A stretch of 64,000 bases of DNA from an uncultured bacterium. GTDB lineage: Bacteria > Patescibacteriota > Minisyncoccia > Phycocordibacterales > GWA1-40-21. The stretch covers positions 28,339 through 92,338 of the forward strand of contig CAIKXY010000002.1 of assembly GCA_903831595.1 (NCBI GenBank). Reading direction: 5' to 3'. A program made the translations under genes and the position numbers. The notes below the pieces were generated by a model. It was not told the DNA's origin and searched no databases. It worked only from the letters and a program-made list of their open reading frames with translations. Below, one piece after another: positions 27,553 to 39,100 of this stretch (position 1 is its first letter; each line of letters begins with the position of its first letter).

Positions 27553-30500
27553 ATGAATTTAAGAAACATCAAAATAAATCTATCGAATATCTTTAGAAAA
27601 AATATTGGAGAAAGAGTAAAAGTGTGGATAAAAAATCCAATATTCTCCGTTGTAATTGTGGCACTACTTTTTTTTGTAATGGCCGCAGTTTTTATTTTAC
27701 CCAGTTATTCTATTCATAAAGATAATGTAATTAAAAATCTTTCCATTACCCAACTCCCATCTACTCCTGGCCAACCAATAAAATGGATAAAGAAAATTGC
27801 TGTAAATCAAATTAATGAAGACACACATTTGGTGGAGATTCCAAAAATTGCAACAAAAGTTTCAATTTCTACTTCAACAATAAAAAATATCTCCCCAGTA
27901 AAAACCTCTAAACTTACAAACGCAGATAGAAAGAAGCTTTCAGCATTAGCTGCACAAAGAGTAAATTCTACTTCCACACTTCAACTTGCAGAAAAAATAA
28001 AACAACAAAAAATTGAATCAACTAAAAAATTAACTTTTTTTCAAAAAATATTCCGTGCCATTAGAAATTCAATTTCAAATATGTTTGCTACCGTTGAGGA
28101 CGCAGTGGCACCTGCACCTGAGACAACCATTATAGATGTTGCTCCAGTAGTTTCTCTGACACAAGATCAAACACAAACACCAGTATCAACAGATAATTCT
28201 TCAACTCCAATAGCAGATAATTCATCCACAACAACTTCTCCTGATAATTCTATACCAGTACAATCTACATCAACAGATAGCTCTCAATCCACATCCACAG
28301 CTCCCGCTACTCCAGAGATTTCAACAACAAGCGCATCAACAACACAAGATCAATCAGTTTCAACATCATCCACATCAGCTTCAGCACAAAGTACTTCCGC
28401 ATCTACTACATCAACAAGTTCTGACCAATCAATAGCCACTTCTACTGGAACATCCACAGCACTTGTAAATGCATCATCCACAGCATCAACGACGGTAGAT
28501 GTTATATACGAAACTCCAGCACCAACTATCACCGAAGCAAATACTGACACTGGAAAAATTGTCACCATTTCTGCTACGGATACTTCTGACACACCAATAA
28601 CAAACGTCTTAGCTTATGCAAACATCCCAAAAATATATAAAGTAGGCCAAGAAGATAAGATAAAAATAAAATGGGTGAACAACGGCGACCAAAATGTTGT
28701 TTTTAAGGCATATGACTTAAACAAAGATGGATGGCTCGACTACGTAGAATGGACAGTTCCACACCTTTCAACACAAACATTTGAAATTATTTTCATATCA
28801 AAAGCTTTCCAGCTTGATACAGACCAAAGTATTCTCGCAGATATTTATGATTCAGTAAAAACAAAAGATGGGAACTACGCGACAATCAGCGACGGACAAT
28901 ATGTCAGAACAACTTTCAATCAAATTTTGACCAAAGGAAATGACATCACTATTTATGCAAAGCCAACAAACACAAGTGGCTCGGCAAGTATTGAAGTTTA
29001 TCCCGTCTATGTTGACGCAGAAGGTAATCAAACAGAAGGAGACAAGCTTACACTAGTAAATGATGATGTTAATTCAAATTTCGATAATATCAATCACACT
29101 GGCAAATACAGAATTTTGCTAAAAAATCTCGTCACCCCAACAAACATTTTTGACCTAAAAGTCACTGGAAACATAGATATAGATTATATTGTTGACCCTG
29201 TCCCGACACCTTTTATCTCAACATGGGATACAAGAAATACTTCCTCTGGTTCAAGTGCAGACAATCAAATACATATTCCTCTCATAGATCCAGGCCGATT
29301 TGGTAATAATAATACTGATACACAATATGGTTTTACAGTTGATTGGGGAGATGGGAACACCGATACTATTACATCATTCGATGACCCAAATACCACACAC
29401 ACATATTCAACAGCTGGTGTTTATACACTTACGATAACTGGTACGCTTGTCGGTTGGAGTTTTGCGCTGGCCCCTATAAATGATAGTAAAAAAATTATTG
29501 AAATAAGTCAGTGGGGTTCTCTAGTTTTGCTTAATACACTCAATGACAATGATTTTATAAATGGTTGGGCTTCTTATTATTACATAGGCTATTTTGCAGG
29601 GACATCAAATTTAAGCATTACTGCAACTGATACACTCAATACTGCTAGTACAACAGAAATGATGAGCGCTTTTGATGGAAGTGGTATTAGCACTGTTCCC
29701 TCTATGAATAGTTGGGATATGTCAAATGTTAGAAGTATGAACAGTATGTTTGCAAATACTCCAAATTTTAATCAACCTATTGGAAATTGGAAAACCTCAA
29801 ATGTATGGATAATGAAAGATATGTTTGCAAATGCCACGGCGTTTAATCAACCAATTGGGAATTGGGATGTAGGTTCACTTCAAATGGATTCATGCCAAGG
29901 AATGTTTAGAAATGCAACATCTTTTAATCAACCACTAAATGGTTGGCATTTTAGGGCGCCCAATGATTTTAGGTGGATGTTTTCTGGTGCGACTTCATTT
30001 GACCAAAATATTAGTACATTTGATTTTACTAATTTGGGCGGGATTTATTTAGCAGGTATGTTTGATGGAGTTACGCTTTCTACAACAACTTATGATGCCA
30101 TATTGATGGGATGGGGAAATCCAGAACATAACGCAGGTAATTGGCCAACGGGAGTCACTTTTTCCGCTGGCAGTTCCACTTACGACTATTCTGCATCTTT
30201 AGCAAGACAACATCTTGTAAATACTTTGGGTTGGACAATTACTGACGGTGGTCCATCTTGGCCTGCATCAGACGCAACATTACTTATTGCAGCTACAACT
30301 ACAGCTCAGGGTCTAATAGATGCAAATGCACCAGAGTCGACGGATATTCCAGGCAATCATTTACCAGGTTCTCTCGCTACACTTCAAACTGCGCTTGGTG
30401 CAGTATATGCGGATATTAGCTATCCACAAAGCGTCGTCGATGAACAAACTCTTGCACTAAATACTGCCATTGATACTTACAATACATCCCTTGTTTTACC

Positions 30501-33500
30501 ATCAAATGTTGATGCACTAAACAGTGCGAGAAATGACGCTTCTACAATTCTTCTTAATTACTGTAATGATGATTATCGACCTGGTTGTTATCCTGGTTGG
30601 CTTTTTTCTACTCTCAACGGTGTCGTAGAACAATATTCCGCTGTAGATAATACTTACACCCAAGGTGCTGTTGACTGGGCGGCTGGTGCTATACGAGGTG
30701 CAATTGATACTTTTTCTTGGTCACAAATACAACCATCTTATACTGGAAATCTTGAAGGTGCTAGATCACGGGCCCAGGGTACCCTAAATAATTGTAGTAG
30801 TTATGATCAACCAACCTGTTATCCCCCAAGCTCTTTTGAAAGCCTTAGTAGTACTCTGAATTCTTACTCTAGTGTTGATAGCAATTCGCCGCAAGGAGAT
30901 GTTGATAGTGCAACCAATGTAATAAATGATGCATGTAATTCTTTTGATGCCACACAAATACCGCTATCTTACACTGGAAATCTTGACTCTAATCGTCAGT
31001 GGGCTCAATGGATGTGTTGGGACGGCTGTGGTAGTTCCGGACAACATTATTGTTCAGACCGTGATGCTATATGTAGTGCTGCGGGTTCATATTGGGCAGG
31101 TCCCTATGACCCACAAGGTTATGTTGAGAGTATGGCACAACAGATTCAGGCTGCCATAGACACTTATAATTCCTCTCCTTTAATTCCCTACGCTGATACG
31201 TCTGGACTCGATTTTGCTAAAAGTCAAGCTCAAGATTTAATAAATCAAAATGCTCCAGAATCGAGTACACCCGGTGACCATATAGTTGGCTCACTTCAGA
31301 TACTTTCCGGCATTTTATGGTCAAATTATTGGCCTGATATTAACTATCAAAGCAGTGTTGACGCAGCAACAGCGGCAATTAATGATGCGATATCAGCTTA
31401 TTATGCAGCAATCGTGCCATCATCAGATGTTACTGACCTGAACTTTGCTATAAGTGTGGCTCAAACTTTTATTACAGAAAACGCACCAGAGTCTTACACC
31501 CTAGGTAATCATATGCCCGGCTCACTCAGTGCACTTTCTTTGGTCCTTGCATCTGCTACCTCAACGGTAAATGATCCTCAATCTGTTGTCTACACACAAA
31601 CATCTGACTTAAATAATGCTATTAAAATATACAACGCATCTGTAATCAGTGCGTTTATGCCAGATGCATCAAGCGATATAGAATTATCACAGCAGGCTGT
31701 AATTTCAAACAGCATAACAAATCTTTCTGGTATCCTTACACAAAATCAAAGTGTCCATAATCTTATTTTAGGTACGGGTGGATATTTGGATTTGGCTGGT
31801 CACACGTTGACTATATCGGGTACATACACAAATAATGGTGGAACACTTACTGATAGTGTTGGTGGAGGAGCAATGAACATTTCAGGTGCGCATTGGTGGG
31901 AGTATTCAAACGCATCAGAAGTAATAAATGGTGCGACAATAAATTATTTGCCAAATAGCGATGATGTAAACAGCGATGTTTCAATAGGTAGTGATGTTAA
32001 TACAAAGTTATTATTGCATATGGATGGTACAAATGGTTCAAATAATTTTGTTGATAGCGAATTAACCCCTAAAACTGTTACCGCAAATGGCAGTGCACAA
32101 ATAAGTACGACGCTATCAAAATTTGGGGCAAGCGGACAATTTAATGGTTCAACGGATTATTTAACTATTCCGGCAAGTAATGATTTTAATTTTGGAACCG
32201 GAGATTTTACTATTGACGGATGGTTCTATTTTAATAGTCTTGGTACACAAATAATAGCAAGTGATTACAATGCAAATAATGAATGGGGAGATGCTGGTTG
32301 GGCAATGTTTATTGAGTGGGGGCAATTCTCTTTTCTTTCAGCCTCCAGTCATGGGTGGGATAATTGGTCCGTTTATCATTCATCTTTTGTTCCACAAATT
32401 CACACGTGGACACATCTAGCAGTTGTAAGGCATGGAAATGTCTTTACTCTTTATGCAAATGGGCAAAGTGTTATGTCCGGGACATATAATGATGGAACTG
32501 GCAATTATTCTGGGCAACTGGTAATTGGAGCAAGATCCAATGGGAGTGCTTCATTTGATGGTTATATGGATGAATTAAGAATTTCAAAAGGGGTTGCCCG
32601 TTGGACAGATAATTTTACACCATCTAGCTCACCATATGGTTCTGATACAAAAAATATTTCTCTATTTAGAGATTCATATATCAGGAATATTGCCATAAAT
32701 GCAGGCAGTACATTAAATTTGGCTGGTCACTCATTAACTATTTCAGGTACATATACAAATTCTGGAGGAACTCTTACTGATAGTGTTGGTGGTGGTTCAA
32801 TTGATTATGCAGGACCATGGTGGATGCCTATTAATGTTGGCGGAAGTGGTATCACTGTAAATTATTCGGCAAATAGTAGTGAAGTCATCAGTGATTTAGT
32901 TCTAAGTACAAGCACCAGGCTTTATAGAGATGCATATATTCATAATCTTACTTTAGCGACCGGTGGAACTTTAGATTTGAATGGTCACACACTAAATATT
33001 TCTGGACATTGGTGGAATTTTAATAACACAGGTGGAACATTAATTAAAAATGGTGGAACAATAAATTATATATCCAAAATTCCTTATCCTTTAGATACTG
33101 TAAGCGATGCAACAATTGATACATCGATTACTCTTGATAGAGACCAAAGTGTAAACAATCTCACCCTTGCAAGCGGTGGAACTTTAGATTTAAATGGTCA
33201 TACATTAAACGTTTCAGGTAATTGGACAAATTCAGGCGGAACACTTATAAACCATGGTGGCACAGTTAATCTTACTGGAACAAACCAAAGTATTTTGGGT
33301 ACAAACACATTTGCAAATTTAGTTAAACAAACACCTGTTAGTGATTCATTATATTTTGATGGAACTGCATCAACCACTATTACTGACAGTATATCTTTAA
33401 ACGGAAGTTTGGGGAATTTGTTAACAATAAAACCAATAAGTGGAATTAGCAACGGCCTAATCTTGTCCCTCCCTTTTAATTCTCCAAATCCGACAGTCGA

Positions 33501-35544
33501 TATGTCATCCAATAATAACAATATTGTGGTGAGTGGGGCTACATATAATAGTACCGGTGGAATTGATAGTAGTGGAGCATATACATTTAATGGCAGTAAT
33601 GTAATAACCATACCTTCTCTCACTCAAGTCTTTGGTACAAACAATTCATTTACTTTTACTGCTTGGATAAAAGTCCCAAATCCTTGCACTGGTGGCAATG
33701 TAATATTTACAAAATCTGTTGCTTATCAGGATAATGTCGGTGATATGATACTTCAAACTGGTACCAATTGCCATTTGTATGCCACAGTTCAATCAAATTC
33801 AGGATGGTATCCAGGTTTTTTATCTCCATTAGGAACAGCGACATTAACAAGTGATTGGACTTTTGTCGCTTTAACTATAAGTCAAAACAGTTTCAAAACT
33901 TATGTCAATGGACAATTAGATATTAACCGGCCAGGAGTTTCTTTTACAGAAAATATAAATAGCAAGCATTATATTCGCTTGGGTACACAAGGTTCTTCAA
34001 ATAGTGAATTTGGTGAAAGGCCGTCGATGGTTGGTACTATAGATGGAGTAAAAATATTTAATCGACAACTTTCGCAAGAAGAAATATCTTCAATTTATAA
34101 TGCAAGAGAAAGATCAGCAGGAACATTTAGTATTTTAAAGACTGGTTCTGGTAACGTTTCTCTATCACACCTTAGTGTCGCAAGCTCTACAAACTTGAGT
34201 TCAAGTCCATTCGTGTGTACAAAATGTATTAATGGTGGAGGAAACACAAACTGGACATTCACTGCACCAGAGGCCCTTACATCTGTGATTATCTCACCTA
34301 TAAGTCCTACGGTATATGTTGGGGCAACTACAACATTTAGTGCGACAACACTCGACCAATATCAAAATCCGTTTACAGCAACAACTACATGGACAAGTTC
34401 TGCGTCATCTATTGGTACTATAAGTTCATCGACAGGTTTATTTAATGCACTTGCGATTGGTACTACGACAGTCACAGCAACAGCAGGAAATGTCTCATCG
34501 TCAACGCTAGTTACTGTCTCAAGGGTACCACCAAGATTGGGCTCAATTACTATTTCACCTTTATCTCAGACAGTAGGGGTTGGTTCTACTATAGCATTTA
34601 CGTACCATGCACTTGATCAATATGGTGCACCATATAATACTTCAGTTTCATGGACAAGCTCTAATAATTCTGTCGGTTCAATTGATAGTAGTGGATTCTT
34701 TACAGCTGTATCTTCTGGTGCAACTACTATTACGGCGACAGCAGGTAATCTATCAAATTATACATCTGTGATAGTAACGGCACGTGGGAAAAGAGTTTCT
34801 TTGACAGGTGTTGGTGGTGATACTGACACTTCAACATCAACGGCTTCTTCGACCATTTTTAGTGATATTGGTAATGCTATCACAAATCTATTAACGCCAA
34901 AAGAAAAAGTTTTGACCCCAATAAACACGATTGAAATTCCAGTATCAGTGCCAGCTTCATTAAAACTTCCCGAGCTACCAACATTTGCTGGGACATCGAC
35001 AAATTCTTTCACATTTGAGCCAATCATAAATACATTCCTTTCAGCCGCATTACCAGAAGATATTTCAAGCGCTTTAAGTAAATCAAAAGAATTGAAAAAT
35101 TATTTGGCTACAGTTGGTGTGGCAAAAATTCAAGATTTCGTTTCACTTGATCGTAAACCAATAACTGTAGTTGGCTCAACAGTTCCAACTGATTTGTTCT
35201 CTGTGCTAAATGGAACAACAACAATAAAAACTTACATAACAAATGATATAAATTATAAAATAATTCAGACTGTTCGTGTAGCGTCTGGGACGGAACTTAC
35301 GGTTTCTTTTAAGCCAAAGGACAACGACCTAATAACTGGAAAATGGAATGGCAATAAGGTCTCTTTTGTACAGCAAGGAAAACAAGCAGTATTAAAGATA
35401 ATAGCACCTTCAATGCCTGGTAAATATTATTTGAGTACGTCAGCTTCGCCATTACCACTTGTCGTTGAGGTACTTGATCTTAAAACAATACCAATCGCCA
35501 AAACAACTTGGGTGTCGAGGGTTTTGGGGTGGTTTGGGTTGTAG
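27553..35544 (+). CDS. Giant multidomain surface/adhesin protein (2663 aa)
   Basis: N-terminal TM, Ser/Thr linker, PKD (VDWGDG), BspA/DUF285 repeats (FNQPIGNW), six FIVAR-like repeats, beta-helix-like repeats, two LamG-like domains, two Big_2-like Ig domains. Confidence 0.85.
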   Translation: MNLRNIKINLSNIFRKNIGERVKVWIKNPIFSVVIVALLFFVMAAVFILPSYSIHKDNVIKNLSITQLPSTPGQPIKWIKKIAVNQINEDTHLVEIPKIATKVSISTSTIKNISPVKTSKLTNADRKKLSALAAQRVNSTSTLQLAEKIKQQKIESTKKLTFFQKIFRAIRNSISNMFATVEDAVAPAPETTIIDVAPVVSLTQDQTQTPVSTDNSSTPIADNSSTTTSPDNSIPVQSTSTDSSQSTSTAPATPEISTTSASTTQDQSVSTSSTSASAQSTSASTTSTSSDQSIATSTGTSTALVNASSTASTTVDVIYETPAPTITEANTDTGKIVTISATDTSDTPITNVLAYANIPKIYKVGQEDKIKIKWVNNGDQNVVFKAYDLNKDGWLDYVEWTVPHLSTQTFEIIFISKAFQLDTDQSILADIYDSVKTKDGNYATISDGQYVRTTFNQILTKGNDITIYAKPTNTSGSASIEVYPVYVDAEGNQTEGDKLTLVNDDVNSNFDNINHTGKYRILLKNLVTPTNIFDLKVTGNIDIDYIVDPVPTPFISTWDTRNTSSGSSADNQIHIPLIDPGRFGNNNTDTQYGFTVDWGDGNTDTITSFDDPNTTHTYSTAGVYTLTITGTLVGWSFALAPINDSKKIIEISQWGSLVLLNTLNDNDFINGWASYYYIGYFAGTSNLSITATDTLNTASTTEMMSAFDGSGISTVPSMNSWDMSNVRSMNSMFANTPNFNQPIGNWKTSNVWIMKDMFANATAFNQPIGNWDVGSLQMDSCQGMFRNATSFNQPLNGWHFRAPNDFRWMFSGATSFDQNISTFDFTNLGGIYLAGMFDGVTLSTTTYDAILMGWGNPEHNAGNWPTGVTFSAGSSTYDYSASLARQHLVNTLGWTITDGGPSWPASDATLLIAATTTAQGLIDANAPESTDIPGNHLPGSLATLQTALGAVYADISYPQSVVDEQTLALNTAIDTYNTSLVLPSNVDALNSARNDASTILLNYCNDDYRPGCYPGWLFSTLNGVVEQYSAVDNTYTQGAVDWAAGAIRGAIDTFSWSQIQPSYTGNLEGARSRAQGTLNNCSSYDQPTCYPPSSFESLSSTLNSYSSVDSNSPQGDVDSATNVINDACNSFDATQIPLSYTGNLDSNRQWAQWMCWDGCGSSGQHYCSDRDAICSAAGSYWAGPYDPQGYVESMAQQIQAAIDTYNSSPLIPYADTSGLDFAKSQAQDLINQNAPESSTPGDHIVGSLQILSGILWSNYWPDINYQSSVDAATAAINDAISAYYAAIVPSSDVTDLNFAISVAQTFITENAPESYTLGNHMPGSLSALSLVLASATSTVNDPQSVVYTQTSDLNNAIKIYNASVISAFMPDASSDIELSQQAVISNSITNLSGILTQNQSVHNLILGTGGYLDLAGHTLTISGTYTNNGGTLTDSVGGGAMNISGAHWWEYSNASEVINGATINYLPNSDDVNSDVSIGSDVNTKLLLHMDGTNGSNNFVDSELTPKTVTANGSAQISTTLSKFGASGQFNGSTDYLTIPASNDFNFGTGDFTIDGWFYFNSLGTQIIASDYNANNEWGDAGWAMFIEWGQFSFLSASSHGWDNWSVYHSSFVPQIHTWTHLAVVRHGNVFTLYANGQSVMSGTYNDGTGNYSGQLVIGARSNGSASFDGYMDELRISKGVARWTDNFTPSSSPYGSDTKNISLFRDSYIRNIAINAGSTLNLAGHSLTISGTYTNSGGTLTDSVGGGSIDYAGPWWMPINVGGSGITVNYSANSSEVISDLVLSTSTRLYRDAYIHNLTLATGGTLDLNGHTLNISGHWWNFNNTGGTLIKNGGTINYISKIPYPLDTVSDATIDTSITLDRDQSVNNLTLASGGTLDLNGHTLNVSGNWTNSGGTLINHGGTVNLTGTNQSILGTNTFANLVKQTPVSDSLYFDGTASTTITDSISLNGSLGNLLTIKPISGISNGLILSLPFNSPNPTVDMSSNNNNIVVSGATYNSTGGIDSSGAYTFNGSNVITIPSLTQVFGTNNSFTFTAWIKVPNPCTGGNVIFTKSVAYQDNVGDMILQTGTNCHLYATVQSNSGWYPGFLSPLGTATLTSDWTFVALTISQNSFKTYVNGQLDINRPGVSFTENINSKHYIRLGTQGSSNSEFGERPSMVGTIDGVKIFNRQLSQEEISSIYNARERSAGTFSILKTGSGNVSLSHLSVASSTNLSSSPFVCTKCINGGGNTNWTFTAPEALTSVIISPISPTVYVGATTTFSATTLDQYQNPFTATTTWTSSASSIGTISSSTGLFNALAIGTTTVTATAGNVSSSTLVTVSRVPPRLGSITISPLSQTVGVGSTIAFTYHALDQYGAPYNTSVSWTSSNNSVGSIDSSGFFTAVSSGATTITATAGNLSNYTSVIVTARGKRVSLTGVGGDTDTSTSTASSTIFSDIGNAITNLLTPKEKVLTPINTIEIPVSVPASLKLPELPTFAGTSTNSFTFEPIINTFLSAALPEDISSALSKSKELKNYLATVGVAKIQDFVSLDRKPITVVGSTVPTDLFSVLNGTTTIKTYITNDINYKIIQTVRVASGTELTVSFKPKDNDLITGKWNGNKVSFVQQGKQAVLKIIAPSMPGKYYLSTSASPLPLVVEVLDLKTIPIAKTTWVSRVLGWFGL

Positions 35545-35610
35545 TAGTGTTGTAAAATAGGAATTGTGATATAATATTTATAAGTTATTAATTAAAATTT
35601 ATTTAAACAT

Positions 35611-35994
35611 ATGAAATTTGAATCAGGAGTTTTAGACAGAGCACGCTTATTTTCAAACTTTCTTTTGATACTTCTTGTTGCTGGAAATATTTTTTTCAGT
35701 ATTCAATATATTACAAATTTACAACAGCAAAATAATGCCCAGACAGACAATACTGTTACAAGAATACAAGCATCAAAATTATTAAAGCTGTTTATTGATG
35801 TGGTGTTAAACACGGAAGGTAAGACTATCTCATACGCAGACCGTGTAGCTCTTGAGAATGATGTTGTTCAAATGAATGATTCAGATATCACAAAAAAATG
35901 GGATACTTTCGTAGCTAGTGCCGATGCAAAATCTGCTCAGTCAAATGCCGTGACACTTATGAAAGCTTTGACCAATAAGTTGTTGTTGAATTAA
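35611..35994 (+). CDS. Membrane-anchored hypothetical protein
   Basis: LILLVAGNIFF TM, 127 aa. Confidence 0.75.
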   Translation: MKFESGVLDRARLFSNFLLILLVAGNIFFSIQYITNLQQQNNAQTDNTVTRIQASKLLKLFIDVVLNTEGKTISYADRVALENDVVQMNDSDITKKWDTFVASADAKSAQSNAVTLMKALTNKLLLN

Positions 35995-36048
35995 AAAAAT
36001 AATAAAGAGCGGCGCCGCAGGCGCCGCTCTTTTTTGTTTAGTATTTGC

Positions 36049-36102
36049 TATATCAGCCATGGCTGATATAACTTGAAGTCAATTACGCCACGGCGTAATT
36101 GA
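36049..36102. repeat. Two adjacent palindromes; the first has a related copy at 26757-26776
   Basis: TATATCAGCCATGGCTGATATA and TCAATTACGCCACGGCGTAATTGA; ATATCAGC-AAAG-GCTGATAT at 26757. Confidence 0.6.
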
Positions 36103-36181
36103 GGAAACGATTTCTATATTTAAATAAATCGAATATTATCTCCTCCTTTTATTTTTATTGATTATTACTTATAATGTATAT

Positions 36182-39100
36182 GTGAATTTACTCAAAACAA
36201 AAATTAAGTTGCCAGTCTTTGTTCTCATCTGTGTTTTATTTGTTTTAGCGATTACTCTAGTCATTTCTAACCCAAAATTTAATTGGAAATGTGTTTTTGG
36301 TGGGAACAATTTTGCCACGGCATATATTCCACCAGTTAACCCGTCGGGGTTTACTGTTATAAAAGAATCTGGATCAGCTTTTGTTCCAGCAACTACGACA
36401 AATAATTTTGCATTTAAGATCTATTCTTATAAAAATACTCAATATGGTAGGGTTTATTCAAATAATTATAGTAGTGGGGATGTAACAGCTTATGGCGGAA
36501 CAATTACTGGAGTCAGTACAACAACTATTTTTGGTGGGGGTGGTTATAGTGTCGGAGATATTTTGACTGTGCAAGGGGGAAATAATGATGCAACGGTAAA
36601 AGTCTTAAGCACGTCAACTGGCGATGGCCATATAATTGGTTACAGTATTGCCTCGTCCTCCGGTTGGGTTGTGGGGCATAATTTTGATTTTAAAAGTCCA
36701 CTAGAAAATAGTGGTGGATTACCAGCCAGTTTTATTGTTGATAGTGTAAATAAAATATGGGGATCAATTTCTGGAGTTATTATTTCGGATCCTGCACATG
36801 CTGGCTATAGTTATAAAGTCGGAGATGAAATAACTGTTGATGCATGTCCATTAGGGGGGGGAGGAAAGATTGTTGTTGACTCAGTGTTTTTGGGAATAAT
36901 CAGAAGTTTATTTGTTTATGAGCCTGGTAGCAATTATAAAGTAGGGGACCAATTAACTTTACCTCAAACTAATAGTAGCAATGATGCTACAGCGGCTGTT
37001 TCATCCGTTGATGAGAATGGCGGTATTTCTGGAGTTAGTGTACAAAATGGCGGTACAGGTTATTGTAGTATAAATGCATCATATTGTCAGATAAATAATA
37101 ATCAAAAAATAATTAATCCAACTGGTGGAAGTGGAAGTGGCGCCAAATTGCTTGTCGATCAATCTGATGGCACAATTGGGGCTATTATTTCTTCTCATCC
37201 ATCTGCGACTTCGCCAGGGTCAGGATATGTTGGCTGCCAATTTTGTCCTTTTGGAAATAATATCCAAGCAACTGTATGCGCAAATACTGGTGGAATTATT
37301 ACAGCTTCTCATATGACATCTGGAGGAACTGGATTTCATGTTGGAGAATACTCATCGTCTAACACATCTTACGGAAATAACACTCCAGTAACGATTAATA
37401 TAAGCTCTGTTGATGCAATAGGTAAAGCAGATACCGTACAATTATTAAATGGTGGAACTGGTTATCAAACTGGCACTTATAGTCTTAGTGGTGGAAATAA
37501 TTCAGCAACGGTACAAGTAAATTCTGTAAACGTTGATAATTCTCCATACGAAATAAAATTAAATTGGGATGCGGTTTCAGGAGCCGATGGGTATAAAGTT
37601 GTCGTAGCGCAAGATTCAGTAAATGGATACAACAATAATTATTCTTTTGATACAGTAAACAATTCTTTTACTTATATCGGTGCAACTGCGAGTGGTACAG
37701 TAGGCACAATAACTGGAAATTGGTGGAATACCGCTGGAACGTTATTGAACAATAATGCCATTATTAATAATGGAACAACAACACTTACTGAAAATGAATA
37801 TGTTAATGATTTGACACTTGCGGTCGGTGGGACTTTAGATTTAGCTGGCCATACATTAAGTGTCGGTGGTAATTGGACAAATACCGGAGGAGTTCTTTTG
37901 AATAATGGTGGCACAATAAATTTTGTTGGAGTCAATCAAAGTATTTTTGGGGCAAATACATTTGAAAATTTAACAAAGAATTCATCCATAACCTCATCAT
38001 TATATTTTGATTCTACGGCAACGACTACAGTTACCGGGCAATTAAATTTGAATGGTGTAGCAGGAAAACTCTTAACAATTAGTAGCCAAAATGTTGATAA
38101 TGGAAGTATTGTTGCCCATTATTTGATGAATGACGCAACCAGTTCAACTATTATAGATAGTATCAACGGTTATAATGGGTTTACTTTAAGTGGAATCAAT
38201 ACCGGCAATTATTATGCGGACCATTATCCAATTTTGGGGAAGATTAATTCTTCATTCTATAGCGAGACTTATGGAGGAACATGGATTCCATATAATGATA
38301 ATTTTAATTTATCAAACACTAACTTTACAATAACCGCTTGGGTAAAACCAAATGGCGCTTCATCGATTTTAGATCAGTATGGTGGCTGGAAACTTGCAAT
38401 CGTAGCAAATCGTGTAATTGAATTCGGTTCATATCCATATATATCAGTTAATTTACCAAACTCATTTCAAAATAATCAATGGAATTTTATTTCTGTTATG
38501 TACGCGAATGGGGAATATACATTTCAAATAAATGATACCGTCTTGGATTCTGTAGCTGGTTCGTCGCCAACAAATACAAATAATAATATTAATATTGCAA
38601 ATGGTATTGGTATTGATGATTTAAGAATATTTAGAAATGCTCTCTCTCAGGATTCAATTGACTTTATCTATAATAATGGGAATGGCACAGAACTTGAATT
38701 ACCAAATAGTAGTTTTAATATTAAATTATCTGACTCAGCTGTAGCTTCTTTATCATACTTAAATGTATTTAATTCAAACAACGTGAGCACAAAGCCTCTC
38801 GTTTGCAATACTGAGTGTATTAATGGTGGAGGAAACACTAATTGGACATTACCAACGCAGAGCCGTGCAAGGAAAACTCTACAATTAAATATGTTGGCAC
38901 AGAATTCTGCAACAACTACTGTCGCTTTACATGTTATTGCCACCAGCACTGATTTGCTAATTTCTCCTGAGCAGTCTGGTACTTACTCTAAGGATACAGC
39001 AGATGGAAAAATAATTATTGATGTCCCGATAAATGCAATTCAGAGCACAACAACCTTTAGTGTAATTTCAGCAACAACAACCACGACTACAACAACATCT

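Noticed and set aside
30265-33300. Diversity-generating retroelement target in the variable adhesin repeats
   Set aside because: No reverse transcriptase in the window and no TR/VR pair differing only at adenines was seen
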